From Plasmodiophora brassicae (lineage: Eukaryota): a stretch of 64,000 nucleotides of DNA. The first letter of the stretch is position 1; each line of letters starts with the position of its first letter. Positions 1-14,200 of this stretch are shown here, in pieces. Both the position numbers and the translations under genes were made by a program. Where the stretch lies: contig CP145421.1 of assembly GCA_036867785.1 (NCBI GenBank), positions 558,001 through 622,000 on the forward strand, given 5' to 3'. The notes under the pieces are model-generated. The model was not told the DNA's origin. It did not search any database and saw only the letters and a list, made by a program, of their open reading frames with translations.

Positions 1-2300
1 GTTGACGATTTAGAATCTGAGCTGCAAGACGCGACACGTCAGCGCCACGATCTGTGTCGGCAGGCAAGTGAGCGATGCAGCAAGTGGCTCTTATCCGGTT
101 TTGAAATTGTTTATACTAGTTGGATACATTGAAATCGAGGATGGCGTCCCTTGAACAGGACATCGAATGGGAACGCCAACAGAAACAAGAACTCGTTCTT
201 GAGAAGGAGCGTGCGATCGCGGAAATTAAGTATGTTCAGATTCAGGTGGGCAACGTGACAAGCACTGTCATGAGTTATGGCTAATCGGTGCAGACGATTG
301 TTCGCGCTACTGTTTCCGAAGCTGTGCACAAGAGCCAGACTTCCTCAATCGTTTCCTCTCTGAGGAAAGATATTGAGCAGCAGAAGAAGGAGTTCGAAGC
401 GCAGACGTCGGCACTGGCGGACCGAGAATGGGAACTCTGCAAAGCCCGAACGGCAGTTGAAGAGGAAGCTGCTGCCAATAGTTTACGGCAGTCGCAGCTC
501 GAATCTGGTTGGTTGGGAGTTGCTGGTGTTGGAGTTTATGTCGTGTGACAAATTGCTTTAGAGCTGGCGCGCCTGCAAGACCTGGAAATCAAGGCTGCCT
601 CTGGCCAGTCAGAGTTGCGACGCTTGCGTCGTGAGAAGGAAGAGCTCACAGAGTTCATTGAGCAAGAACGTCAGATCAGCTGTCAACGGATCGTGGACTT
701 GGAGTACAGTAACCGGATGCTCACAGACGAGCTCACAGCTGCACAGGTACGGTCACGATTGCTCAGCAGAACTCGCTCTGACGGTATGTTATAGGCAACG
801 ATTCACTCCCTTCAAACCAGCATGGATTCTCGCGAGCCGGACAAAGAGCTTCAGATCGCACTGGAGACGATCGCTGCTCTGGAACAGCAGATTCAGGCTG
901 TCAGGCTTCACCCTTTCGTCCGCCATTTCTTTCCTTGCTGACGGTTTTTCAGGACGCGGCTACTGCTGAAGAGCGACTCGAGATGAGCACCCAAGACGCG
1001 GCTGGTTTCCGCCAGCAAGTGCAAGAATTAGCCGTGTTGCTTCAGTCCCGTGATGCGACGATCATTGTTAGTAGGCGTCGCCGAGTACTGGCGCCACTCG
1101 CCTCGTAACCTCGTTTCGTCAGGCACTTCGCGAAGAGATAGCTCGTCTGAATGACCGCAGTGCGAACGATGCCCGCTCGTTTGCTGAACAGCTCGAGAGT
1201 GCTCGTGCGCAAACGGCAACAGCGGCGGAGCGTACTGCAGCGTTTGAATCGAAGATTGCCAAGCTCCGGCAAAAGGTATTCATTGGCTTCGCAGCGATAC
1301 TCAGCGACGTCATTGGCTAATTGCTGGCCGATATAGGTCAAGGATATATCGGACGAAAAGACTGACCTGGAAGCACGGAACAATGAGCTGACTGCGGAAC
1401 TAGAAGACGCGGAAGCACATGCTCAGCGTCAACTGGACATCTCGAAGGACACCATTGCCTGCCTCAAGGTGATGCTGGCCATGGTACGCTATTTGTCGAC
1501 CGTCTCAATTCCTTGGCACAGGTGGAGCGCGATGACCTCCAGCGCCGTTTAGAGGATTTATCCTCTCGTGCAGCGTCTCTCGAGGTACGCCTCTTCTAGG
1601 CCCTCAGTGTAATTTGCCCGTGTGTTAAGCAAATGCATGCAGGGACGTTGTGAAGCAACCGAAACGCGTCACGCCATGTTGATGGAGTCGCACAAGCTCG
1701 TCGACGGGCAAAGGCAGCACCTTCAGGTACATTGCAGTACTCGTCCCTGGTTTTCTATGGTCACAGTGCCTCCCTCAGTCAAGAGTCGAGGAGCTGGAAC
1801 GCCAATTGCGTTCAGACGTGGACGCATACAAGCAGAAGATGGCAGAGTTGGAACGGGTAAACGAATCCATTGTGGAACAGCTACGTGCCGCAGGTTCCAG
1901 TTCCGCTCCTCCCGACCTATCCGAAGGGTCACCGTTGCACGAGGAGCTTGCCAGATTGCGCGAAACGCTGGAGACTGAGCGGGCAGAAGCTGCTGCTAAA
2001 CAACAATCGATGCGGCGGTCCCTACATGACTACAAGGTGCGTCTGTTTCGCACGGCTCTACACAGGCGCTTACAGCTGACCCACGTTCGCAGAGTCGAGG
2101 CGACAAGAAGCTGGCCGCCTATGCCGACAAGGTGAAGCAGAAGTCGGAGACGATCAAGTTCATCGTTGACACCGTACGTACATTTCCATTCGGCTGCTGC
2201 TCGCGCTGATCTCGTGCTGCAGATCAAGAGCACGTTGCCGTCCGATCACGTCCTCCACGAAATGGCGAGCCAGGTCTCTAGCGAAATTGGAAGGCAATAG
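1..2300 (+). CDS. Multi-exon long coiled-coil protein (5' end lies outside the window)
   Basis: E/Q/K/R/L-rich helical exons (VDDLESELQDATRQRHDLCRQ / LDTLKSRMASLEQDIEWERQQKQEL... / ELARLRETLETERAEAAAKQQ) are joined by many ~50-60 nt introns. The last exon ...HEMASQVSSEIGRQ ends at TAG 2298-2300. Confidence 0.75.
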
Positions 2301-2338
2301 GGTACAAAATATTGTTAAACGACTTGAAGCGCGTTTCG

Positions 2339-4085
2339 TCACGATATAACACATTGTGAGGACGCCCCGACGCCATCAAGCCCAACGATGCTGCTTCCAT
2401 GCGCCTGATTCCACCGCTCAAACTCCTCCAGCGACTCTTTGCTAGTTGACGGTTTGATGGCTTGCAGGCTCCGCTGAAAATGTTGAAACGTGATGGCAGG
2501 GACGGATGCTCTCGACCGCGTGATTTGGTCGCCCATTTCCCTGATTGGCCACATTGCCGCTTCCTTGCACAGCTCAGTGAGATCGGAGCCGGAGAATCCC
2601 TCAGTCAACCGGACGAGCTCCGTCAGTTCAGCTTCCGTCATGGTATGTCGATGGTTGTGCCCTATGCAAACACGGTGCTGCAATGAGCAACGGGCCACCA
2701 CTGGGCAACCTGGATGGACTGACGGGTAAGCAACGACGTGATGAGGTTGCGTCTCGCTGCTGGTTCGGGCTGTGGAATATAGAACTTCCGAGCAAATCGC
2801 CTGGTAGCGCCGCCCGCGAAGGAATCGTCAAATGGCCAACCTCGGCGCAAGTCTCGCGGGTACTCGCTTACCGAAGGACAGCTTCGTCCAGCTCGCCGGG
2901 CAGGTTCGTCGCAGCGATGATCAGCAGTTGGTCGTTGGGGTTCGAGCTGACGCCGTCGAACCGCACTGCACGCGAGACACCCACTCATGAACAATGGTTC
3001 GACGACGTCACGTATTCGAACAGCGGACGTACCCAGGAATTCCGTTTTCAACCGCCGGCTAGCCTCGTGTTCCGACGATCCGCCTCTAGACGACAGGATG
3101 GAGTCAACCTGTTGCCATCGGGTTAGCCAATGAGCGGATAGAAGGTGGCGACGCGAACCTCGTCAATGAACACGATCGATGGTTGCTTCTCGTGTGCGAC
3201 CTCGAAGAGTGTTCGCACGAGCTTCTCGCCCTGCCCGACGTACTTGCTCGTGAGCGTCGAGGCCGACACCGAGAAGAACGTTGCCTTTCCTTCAGCGGCA
3301 ACCGCCTTCGCTACGGGAGGCAACGGATCAGGCGACTCGGTTGCCGAGATACGCCACATGAGCGCAGCGCGCGTACCAATCAGGGTCTTGCCGTTGCCAG
3401 GGGGGCCGAACAGCAGGATGGCCTTGGGCGGCGCCCGCAGCCCGGTGAACATCGCCGGTGTCAACCTGGGCAGGATGATGGCCTCGTACAGCGCCCGCTT
3501 GATCTGTTCCAGCCCGATGATGTCGTGGACGGAGACCGATGGCGCCGTGTCGATGATCTCCGATTCAATGAGGGCGCGCAGGTCGTCCCCTAAACCAGGC
3601 GGTGAGCGGAGCACCCGCCCACATTACACGACGAGCCGTACCTGACGACGACTGTGTCGATCGGGCTGGCGTCCCGTTGCCTCTCGGTCTGGCAGCTGGA
3701 CGCTTCGCAATGCTACTAGCGGGCGACTTCGCCGGCATTGACGGTTTCGATTTGGATCGGGTCGGGGCCGGAAACGACTCGCCTCGCGACACTGGTACCT
3801 GTCTGGGCCTCTGCTTCTTCCGTCCCTGCACGAAACCACCCTGTATGAGAACGTGCAGGACGAGCACACGACCGTGGGGGGACTGTGCCTTGCCTTGACG
3901 GCCTCAGCTCGACTGAGGAAGTGCTCGGCGTGCTTCCGCAGCGTCACCGGATTCGGCGTCACCTTGATCAGGTCGAGCAGGATCGCGATGCCGCGTTCGT
4001 ACCGCGACAGCGCATCGTCGAGGCGCCCGGCGCGCTCGTCGCGATCCGCCTCCTCGAACAGCGTCGTCGCCGTCGCCAACGACAT
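2339..4085 (-). CDS. SPAST: Spastin-like microtubule-severing AAA ATPase (MIT + AAA), multi-exon
   Basis: N-terminal MIT-like helices ([28 protein letters not shown]), spastin-type Walker A GPPGNGKT, pore loop TSKYVG, Walker B VFIDE, MKTEFL, and C-terminal [16 protein letters not shown]...[17 protein letters not shown]. Several GT-AG introns. Confidence 0.9.
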
Positions 4086-4403
4086 GACGTCAGACGGACA
4101 GTCCGTGCCACTGCCTCCGCATTGCGAAGTATCACTACGACGGGCGCGGGTCACACAACGCCGCGCAGAAGGACTAAATCCAGAACACGCGCTGCACCCC
4201 ACCCCTGTCCGCCCTAACCGGAACCTGCAGCCGCAGCAGTGCAGTGTATTCGAGGCAGGCCTATGTCGCGGCAGCACGTTTTGTTCCTGGGCCGCCGGGC
4301 CGTCCTGGTTGGTGTTTTGCCCGTTGCTGTCTTCTGGCCCGGGTGGCCTGGCAGGCGCGCGCTGTCAGCACCCCCGAAGACACAATCATACGGACTGTGC
4401 GCC

Positions 4404-5160
4404 CTATTGTCGTAATACTGGACCTACCCTGAACGCATCGGCGATGTGCTCCTCGACGGGGATGTCGAACGCTTTCGCCGAGTAGACCTCGCCGAATGGC
4501 GATTTGAAGATGCCGGCCTGGGTGGCGGTGCTGAGCAGGTGGTGTAGGTTCGAGGTGATGCCCGAGAATTCGGCGGCCGCCTCGAGCTGTTCGCGTTCGC
4601 GAGCCTCCTCCTTGCGCTGCTCGAACTCCGCCTGCATCGCCCTGCGCAGCGCCTGGCTGCGCTCAGCGACCTCGTCGATGTACCGCTTGCGGGCGTAGAA
4701 ATTGACACGCGTGCGCCTGGACATGTACCCTCGGTACCTGCGACGTCGGATCAGCCCTGGGGCAATGGTCAAGGAACCCCTCCCCTGCGTCCCCTGACAT
4801 CTTCTGGATCAGCGTCGCCGCTTCATTGTACAGGGCCCGTCGCAGGCTGCGAACGTGCGAACGTCGCTGGTCGGCGGCCCGTTGTCGGCCTCGGTACCCC
4901 CGGTACGCGGCCTGGATACGACGTGCCGAGTTACTGCCACCAGGGCCCCGTCAGCACACGGTAGGGCGGGGGCACGTCAACGTCGCCGACTTCAGGAGCC
5001 GTAGCTGGCCACGCGCCAGCGTGCCTCGCCACCAGGCCTGCATCCTCGTGACGGCGCGCAGCTCCAGCAGGCGCGACGATTCCGCCAGGGCCGTCTCCTC
5101 GAAGTAGTCGCGAACGACGCGGGCAACGGCGCGCTCCCGTACGGCACATACCCAGGCCAT
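4404..5160 (-). CDS. IQ-motif protein, SPATA17-like
   Basis: IQ motifs (MQAWWRGTLAR, IQAAYRGYRGR, YRGYMSR) and C-terminal HHLLSTATQAGIFKSPF, which resembles the conserved SPATA17 motif. At least 2 introns. Confidence 0.7.
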
Positions 5161-5297
5161 GGTCGCCCGCGACACGCGATATACGGCAGTGGTACGCCAT
5201 GGCGATCGATCGGGGCAGGCGCCGCCGAACGACAACGGACTAGTAGAGACTCGTTGCTTTATTTACGCCAGTAGGTCTCGGGAATATAATACAGTGT

Positions 5298-8200
5298 TCA
5301 CTCGACGTCGCTGTCGTTGTCCGAGTCGACGTCGACGTCGGCAGACCGTCTGGCAGCGTCCTGGGCGACGGACGTGTCGTCGGCGTCGATGGCGACGCAG
5401 TGGGTGATCGCGTACAGGATCTTCCGGTGCATGATGTCGAGCGACGAGTAGCGCGGGAGCTCCAGGGAGAAGAAGCACGTGTGCGAGATCGGCAGGTAGT
5501 CGTCTGGGGAGCGGTCCGCCTGGTGCATGCGACTGATCTTGAACTTGCGGTCAAAGTCTTCCTGTTTCAGCGGCAGGCGCGATCGGCCCCAGACGAAACG
5601 CAGGAACTGGCACCGCTCGACGTCATCGAGCCGCTCACGAAGCATGCGCCAGAACAGGACGACGTGGGGGTCCGTTGCCGAGCAGGACTCGTAGACGGTC
5701 ACCTGTTCGAGCAGGTCCACGTTCATCTTGGGACGCCCGCAGACCTCGACTTCCAGTTCGTGCCAGGTGAACAGCGACAGCAACGGGTACGGGACGACGG
5801 TGGCGAGCCCACGTCGGATGGCCTCGCATTGCACTTTGAACTCGTTGAGGCGGTAGTGAATCAGCGACTTGGCGAACTGTTGCCGGTTGTCCCACGTGAC
5901 CTGGATGTGGTGGCCGCCGGGCACCAGCGGGTACACACGCTGGTCGGACCCGATCACGACGAACTTCGAGTTGACGAACGCGGTGAAGTACTCGGTGGGC
6001 AGGTCGTTGCTGACCTCGAACTTCTTGAGTTCGTCCAGGATCTTGAAGGACAGCAGGTCGATGGCAAGCACATCGTCCTCTGTGATGACGTCTGATACCA
6101 GCGGCTTCCACACGATCGATGGCAGGTCCAGGTCGAGCACGTTCTTCGTCCGAATCGCGAGGCCCATGAGTTTGCCGACAAACTCGTACATGGCCAGGTG
6201 CAGAGGGCTGATGGATGACGGCCGAGGCACGAACTTTTCCCGATTCGTCCCAATGTTCTCGCGTCCGTTCGGGCACTTGATGAACAGAGGTAGGAGGTCG
6301 CTGTGCAACTCGTTGCAGAAGTCCTCGATCGACTGCCGGTAAGGGCCGCCGTAGTCGTCGCTGAACTCCCCCTTGAAGACAGTCTTCCAGGCACACTTGT
6401 TCTTCTCGAGACGGAACATCTTCGGGTCGCGATTGTTCAGCTGCTGGAAGGCCTGCCCGAAGAGAGACCGCTTGCCTTTGGCGTCCGTCTTCTTCATTTC
6501 CTTCAGCTTCACGGATCGGAAGCGATCCAGTTCGAGCTCGCGATCCGATGGCTGGCACTTTGTCTCGTCGAGGGCCCGGTTCCACAACACTTCTTTGGTC
6601 TTGAAGAAGATCAGTGCACGAATGGATCGAATTCCATCGGCTAGCGACGACATGTGCGCAGGTAGGCTGAAGTCGACCAGACCCATGATAGACGAAATCT
6701 GGATGTTCAACTGCTGCAGGACGAACAGGCGGACCTGGAGATTGAACATGGGAATCTCGTCCAGGGACCTGTACGGCAGCAGCTCATCGGGTTTGACATC
6801 CCACTCAGACGCCTTCATGTGCATGGGATCGACTGTCGACTTCTCGACCATGCGATTCACCAGACAGACAAGGTCCTCATCGGCAGATGAACTGAACGAG
6901 GCCATGATCTCATCGAATTCCGTCAGGTCGTCCTCGTCAGCATTCCGCATGCGCCCTTTCTCAGAAGGCCACGTCAGAACTTGCTTCCAGATCTTGCGGC
7001 AGAACGGGCGCGGCAACGCCGATTTCGTGGTAATCGACCGGACGATGGAATCAACAAGGAGGACGCTCTCAAACCAGGGCTTATTCCGCGGCTTGCTGCG
7101 AGCGCCAGCAGCGTTCGTCGATCGTTGCCCAGTTCGGACGGTCATGCGCCCATAGATCTCGAATCCAGACAGCGCCAGGTACCAGTGGTCATTCGAGTTC
7201 TTGCCGAACATGAAGATGCGGAACTTGCTGTACGACTCAGCAGGCTGCGTTGTACTGGTGATGTCCCACGTGTGCGGCTGCCCCTTGGCCTTCAACGACT
7301 GGTCGTCACGATGTTCGCGCAAGCAAACCCAGTTGGTGCCGTCCGTGCTTCCTTCCAAGCGCCAGTTGCGAAGCGCCTCCGTGTCGTACGAACTGTAGTG
7401 GCGCAGCGTGTACTTCGTCGGGACGATCCTTCGGTCCAGGAAATCAATAACGAACCACTGATCTTGGTTGGGCTGCGAGACGCATCGGACAGCCTCGCGT
7501 CCGACGATAGCGGATTTCGGCATCGAGTTGTGCTGCAATGAACATGCTTCTACTCGAACGAGACCCATTTCGGCTGGATTCTGCCACCAGTCAGTCAGCT
7601 CGTTGGTTCCCAGGTAGTACAGGATTCCGTTGGTGTCCATGTCCTCCTGGTACACGAACTCCTTCTCTTCCTCCTCCCATGCGACCGCATCGCCGTCAAG
7701 CGTGCCATAGATTTCGAATCCGGACAACGCCATGTACCAGTGCTGGTTGGAGTTCTGGTCGGTCATGTACAGCCGGAATTGAGAGTACGACTCCTCGATC
7801 GGAGGCAGGACCCAAGTGTGAGCCTGTCCCTTGCGGCAGAGGGCAGCGTCATTGCGGTGCTCTTTAAGGACAACCCAGGACACACCGTCGTTCGAACCCT
7901 CGAAGCGCCACGACCGCACTGCTTCCGTATCCCATGATGAGTAGTGCCGAAGAGTGTAGTGGGTCGGCGTCACCGAATGATCCAGGAAATCAATCGTGAA
8001 CCACTGGTTCGGAACAGGTTTCGTAACACAGCGAACGGCTTCGCGACCAACAATCGCAGACGCAGGCTTCGAATCAAGCATAAGCGACGATGCAGTCACT
8101 TTGACCACACCGAGTTCCGAGGGATTCGTCCAGGCCGTCGTGTTCTGGTTCGTCCCGAGATAATACAGGATTCCATTGGTGTCCATGTCTTCGGAAAAGG

Positions 8201-11200
8201 AGAACTGTATGCCTTGGGACGGCGCAGGTTCTTCAGTAACCTGTTGCTGCTCCACAGGTTCAGCTGCTACGGGTGGCTTGTCAGAAGTTTCCTCACTATC
8301 GGGGGTCGCAGCAGCATTCGCTGCCCCCATTTCGGTCTCTTCTTCCTGGATACGAGCCAGCTCAATTTTCTCAATGGACACATTGAGCTCAATGAGGGCT
8401 TGGAAGAACGCGGAATAGACGCCCTTGCTGCTCTGAGCGACGTGCATGTGGTTCATGAGGTCCTTGAGAACCGACGATCGCGTAGAATCAAATCCGACGC
8501 CCAACCGAATCAAATGCGACAGAAGACGGACAAACGACAACCGCTGATCGCCACTTGAGACGGCGATGACCTCGAAGATTAGGTTGACGACAGGCCCAGA
8601 GAAAACAGTGCGGCCAAGATGAGTGGTCGACGACGAGATTGTCGAGTCGCGCCTTTGGCTTACTTCGCCGCCAGCACCTGCGCCTGCTGGACCTGGACCA
8701 GACGCGGAAGTGGACGTGACGTCGGCCTGTTCCCCGGAAATCGCCCCGGATGCAGGTTTCAGAGGGCCAACCTCCTGGATGAACTCGGCAAAGAGGTTAA
8801 GTATCCAGATCACAAGCCCAGGGTTCGGATGGGACAGTGCATCCGCTTCGTTGAGGACCTTCACGTGAGGGTCGGAAATGACCCCAACCATATGGTTCAA
8901 CGCTTCTGCAAGCAGTTGACGAGCGACTGGCGCGAACTGTCGTAGCATTGACAGCGACATGCTATCCGTGTGAAGGGCGTCGTTAATCGACGACTCTTCA
9001 CGATCGAGAATACGGAGAAGAGAAGCGCGAAGGACGTCCAGCCCATCACTGAGTTGGGAGAATTCAACTAGACGCATAAACTTAACAAGGAAGTCGTCAT
9101 CGCCAAACACGCGCAGCGACAACGGCGTGCCGGGCGGCCAGTTCTGGAGGATGGACAAGACACACTTCCGCGAGTACGTGATCGCGAGTGCGTTCTCGGT
9201 TGCCACCATCGCCTGATGAAGCTCGCTCTTGTTGAGGTTCTGCAGCTCTGGATATTCGACAGTGCGTTTCGGGGCCGTTCGTTGAACAAGGTCGTCCAGT
9301 GACGCCTCCATGGACTCTTTCGTGTTCTTCAGAATGCGGAATGCAGCGTTGTTGCTTTCACTCTTCTCCATGTTGAGGTTACGAAGCTGGTCATCGCCTG
9401 ATGACCCAATAGAAGCTCCAACGCCGGTAGAATCGGCACTATGGGCCTCAGGGTTCTCAACGGCGGAAGAATCGTCAAACAGAACGGTGTCGGATAATTG
9501 TTCAGCATTGTCGAGAAGGTACCGAATGGCGGCAGCCGTATCGTTATTCGACCGCGAGAGAGCAAGCGCACACGCCTTCCGAGGGAAGCCCATCAGACTC
9601 AAAGTCTGTGCAGCCTTGTTATGCTCTTCGAGCCGGTCTTCTCCGAGCAACGTAATGGCGTTCTTGAGAATGTAGTCACTAGCCAGACGACGATCCATGT
9701 TGGTGACAGTGAGCGCCTTGACACACCACCGTAGGGAATAACCCATCTTCAGGAGCGACCGCGCGACCACGTTGATATCACGGCCATCCTCAAGCGGATC
9801 GTCTGCCGAACGTAGGCGAATCGCATTCGATTGGGATAACGGCTTGCTGCGAATTTGGACGCGCTTAATGTTAACCACGCAAGCGTTATTGCCACGTCCC
9901 AAGTCAAACGCCGCCGGCAAAGAGAATGGTCCCCCGCGAGCTAGGAGGGCATCCTCGGGACCAGTAAGAGAGGCCGCCAGCATTCCGTTGACGAAGACAA
10001 ATACTTGGCTCTTCTGCAAGTCCACGGAGAGAACTATCCTGTACCAGACGCCGGCTGCTAGTTTCCGAGCGGATTTCTTATAGTCGAGGCGACCCAGAAT
10101 ACTCAGTTTGCCATCGGGGCGAACACCTATAGCAGCCTGGGAGCAACGAATAAGAACAGCATCTTCAGTCGCGGGAAGCGACGGTAAGCTCGCATCAATA
10201 ATAACGGTGTACGCGTCCATCAACGGTTTCCGGCTTAGCACACGGTCTACGTGAATGTAGCCGCCGGGGTTGACAACAACGAAGCTATCAGAAGATCGCG
10301 AGGAAGCATTCGAAGTCTCGGATGCTTCCGATGTTGCAGTTCCTTGCTGTTGCTTAGTTGCCTGCTGAAGAACGCACTCGCCAGTGCAAGTCAACATGTT
10401 TGCTTCAAATGTGCACACCTGCAGTGCGTGCAGTGCTGCCTCTTCACAATCAGCGACACAGAATTCAAGGGAACTTTGGCACAGATCGTGAACCTGCTTG
10501 CAGTCCAGGGCAAAACCCCAAACGCCAACTTCCCGGAACTGGCCATGGATGCCTTGTCCGACAATGACATTACCAGATGCGGAGAGCAGTTTGCTAGCAG
10601 CGAAGGATTCTGACTTCCCCTTGCCTGGAACGACAACGGCACAAGCCAAAGCTCCGTCAAGGAATGCCGAAACCCCAACTAAAAGACGATCGCCAGCAGG
10701 AGAACGACGATCGAGCACAAGACAGGCGTGATGCCACTCTCCAGAAAAGTCGTCAAGAAGAATGTCTTCCGAGACAACTGTGCCATTACCATCGGCCACG
10801 GCGAGGACCAGCACGCGGAAAGAAGTATCTGCGAGCAATTCAACTTTACAGTTGCTCTCAGGTAGCATCACAAGACTAAGAAGAACGTTTGTCGGCTTAA
10901 TGCCAGTCGAAGACGATGTTGAAGCTGCGGATGATGGCGAGTCCGGCTTAAAACGAACACAAACCGTTACGCCACTGGCAGTCATACAAGAATCACACTC
11001 GAAACGTGTCAGGAGAGCTGAGGTCGGGGTATTGGGAAGCAAACCAGAATCTTTGGTGTTCTCGGGTGCAATGATAATCGCGCCCCTGTACGACGCAATC
11101 GTATCGTTCGCGAAATTGCGAACCTGCTGACGCTTTCGGGCATCCAATTCCAGACGGACGTCGTTCGGGGTCCGTCTGTACAGCTCAGCGTGTCGTTGCT

Positions 11201-14200
11201 CTAGTTCGATGGGCAGTTCGTCGACGTAGCCAAACGCAGAAAGGTACTCAACGTCAATGTTGGCCTCCTTCGAGCGAGAATCCAGCAGCTTGAACAGGAC
11301 GTAGCGCCCAGCACGAATCAAGTCGCACTGTACATACGATTCAACGTTGTTGCTCAAGTCAATGAATGCAACAGGTTCCGTTGCAAGCGGCTCGTCAAAT
11401 ATCGAGGAGGCGTTCTCGCTTGAAGCAGCAGCTCGCTTGCGGGCAATATAGTCAGAGTATTCTCGGATCGTCCAATCCTTGAAGCGGTCAGTGGCCGACA
11501 CTTCCGTCGGGTCATCCAAAACGAAGACAAGCGCTGCGCGTAATGGGGCAGTGAAACTCTCGGGATCCGGATTTCGGGCGAACACGCCCGTGACGTATAT
11601 GTGGTGACCAGATGGATCGGGTTCGGCAAGAATATTCACGTTGACGCGTTGAGTCGTGCAGTACGCCTCATCATTATCGACGAGAACGTTGGATGCTTTG
11701 AACTGTTCGCTATGTTGCCCGCCATCGGACGAAACCAGTTGCAAATCGAGGCGGGGCGCCTTGAAAGTGGCTGCAGACGGCTTCACAGCAGCAAACCCAA
11801 CAAAGAACCCACTGGGAGGACCCAGAAGAAAAGCGGACTGAGGATATGGGGGATACGTCACGTCCGTTGCACCAATCGCAACAATCGGGGTAGGTGGGAC
11901 CCGCTTTGGTGCCTCGCAGGTTACAGCATAGTTCGACTTGTCGCCGCAGACAACATACTGGAAATTGGCGTGAGGAGATGATGATACGTCAACCTTCCGG
12001 GGAACCTTGCTTTCCTGCCCCAGAAGTGAACCCCACATCCACAATTCGCCCTTCTCGGTAACGGCACATGTGTGCGTCTGACCGCCGTCGATCCAGACAA
12101 TGCGTTCCTTGGCAATATCACCTCCGAGGAGTTTCGGAGTGCTTTCTTGGTTTGTCGTTCCCGTCCCAAGAACCCCGCTTGGATTTCCGCCCCACAAGTA
12201 AGCCTCTCCGTCTTTGGTAAGCGCCATCGAATGATCCCATCCAGCCGAAATACGGACGACGACTTTGTCCTTCAGCGCAGTAACGAGCTTGGGCGAAAGA
12301 ATGTTCTGGTTCGTGCCATGCCCAGTTGCCGGACGAGTCGCTTCGTAGCCGTTGCCCCATGAATACAGCTGACCGCTAGATGTAAGAGCCATTGAATGGT
12401 CCCAGCCACCACGAACTTCCACGAAAGCCGGACAGGCGTTCTGCACCTTCTCGGGCATGAGTTTCTTCTTGGCAGTGGAATTTAGACCAAGCTGGCCACG
12501 TAGATTGCGACCCCATGCGTAGAGATCACCCGAAGCTGTCAGAGCGAGGCAGTGGAATGCACCGACACCGATCCGGACAATCTCGACCATCTCCAAGGCC
12601 CCTTTAACCATGATGGGGGTCTTCTGGTCAGTGATTGTCCCGTTGCCCATCTGGCCCTCGTTCCCTTTGCCGAAGACCCAGACACGGTGCTCGGAATCGA
12701 GAATAGCAGAGAATGAGTTCCCTGCACATATCTGGACGCATTTGGTGTTCTCAAGAGCGGAAATAAGCTTCGGGCGCGTTACAGCGGTTGTGTCGCCATG
12801 ACCCAGGCGACCTTCTCCGTTGTTGCCCCAACTGTACACATGCCCGCCCTCGGTGAGAGCAAGTACATGCTGGTTGAAACAGGACAGTGACGCGACTTTG
12901 TGACCATCGAAACCTTCGATCAACTTAGGAATCTGGACAGCGCTGTTGTTGCCATGTCCGAGGCGACCAGAGCCGCCGTGTCCACAAGAATAAACCAACC
13001 CTGGTTCTAGAGCCGTCTGAGCAGATGAAGGCGCAACGATAGTTGTCAGAACGTCGCTGCTCGTAGTGGATGTGAGAACGGTGCTACCGCTGCTCAAGGC
13101 GCCAGCAAGCGTTGCATTAGGTGGAGACAGGAGCGTAGCGGGACCCGAAGCATCGTTCCGACGCTTTTGAAGAGAAGGCAATACGACGACATCGTCGTCC
13201 GCAGTGCTTGTACTTGTGGTTGCAGCGCCATCAATCGTTGACGCCGATTCTGAAATATCACCTCCAGCTGATGCGATGGGCGAACGAAGTTCGTGGATCT
13301 CTTCGGTAAGGTCGCCGTATAGTTCAAATCCGCTCAAAGACAGGTAGTTGTGCCCGTTTGAATTCTTGCCGGTCATAAGTACTCGGAAGTAACGGAAGTA
13401 GTGCGGCTGAGCAGGAATCTCCCAGGTTGCGGCTTGCCCTTTGCGACTTAGAGTGGTATCGTCAACGTGGTCACGAAGAACAACCCAGTCGGAGCCGTCC
13501 ACGCTGCCCTGGAACTTCCAGTGCCGAAGAGCTTCGGTGTCCCAGGAAGAATAATGACGCAGCGTGTAGCGGGTAGGCCGTACAAGGTAGCGTTTGAAGT
13601 CAATGCAGAACCACCCGTTGTGCATGTCATTGCACAGGCAACGAACAGCTTCTCGTCCAACAACAGCAGAAACTGGAGCCGAGTCGGCTTTGACGCGGGC
13701 AACTGTAACTTCCACAATCCCAAGCGTCATTGGATTTTGGAACGGAGCCGTACCGTTTCGGCAACCCAAGAAGTAGATGATGCCGTTCTCATCCATATCT
13801 GAGATGTAGGTAAAGTGCCGCAGCTTGACTCGTTTGACGGGACGCTCCACAAGTCCAATTGTTAACAGGTGAGATGCGATCTGACCGTAAAACGCGACAA
13901 CCCCATGCCCTGTGTTGACGGTGACTGACGCAGAGTTGCCGTCCGCAGCATCAATCGGGCTGTTATCGCCATGTGATCGACCGAATTTGTAGACGACATC
14001 GTGATTGGTTGTTATGACTAGAGACGAAATTGCATATGCGTCCGGACTCCCAGCCGTTGGAGACTCGGAAGGAGCTGGAGAGCACATCACTTCCATCCGA
14101 ACAATATACTCATCAGACTTGAACGAGACGATCGTAGAAGTGCCAACGTCGCTAGTAGACCCAACATGGCGAGGGGCATTTTCAGTCGCACCCGAGTTGT

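Noticed and set aside
7145-8205. Recurring DNA motifs that could be mistaken for a CRISPR or other repeat array
   Set aside because: They are in-frame protein-domain duplications with synonymous divergence, and there is no repeat-spacer periodicity.
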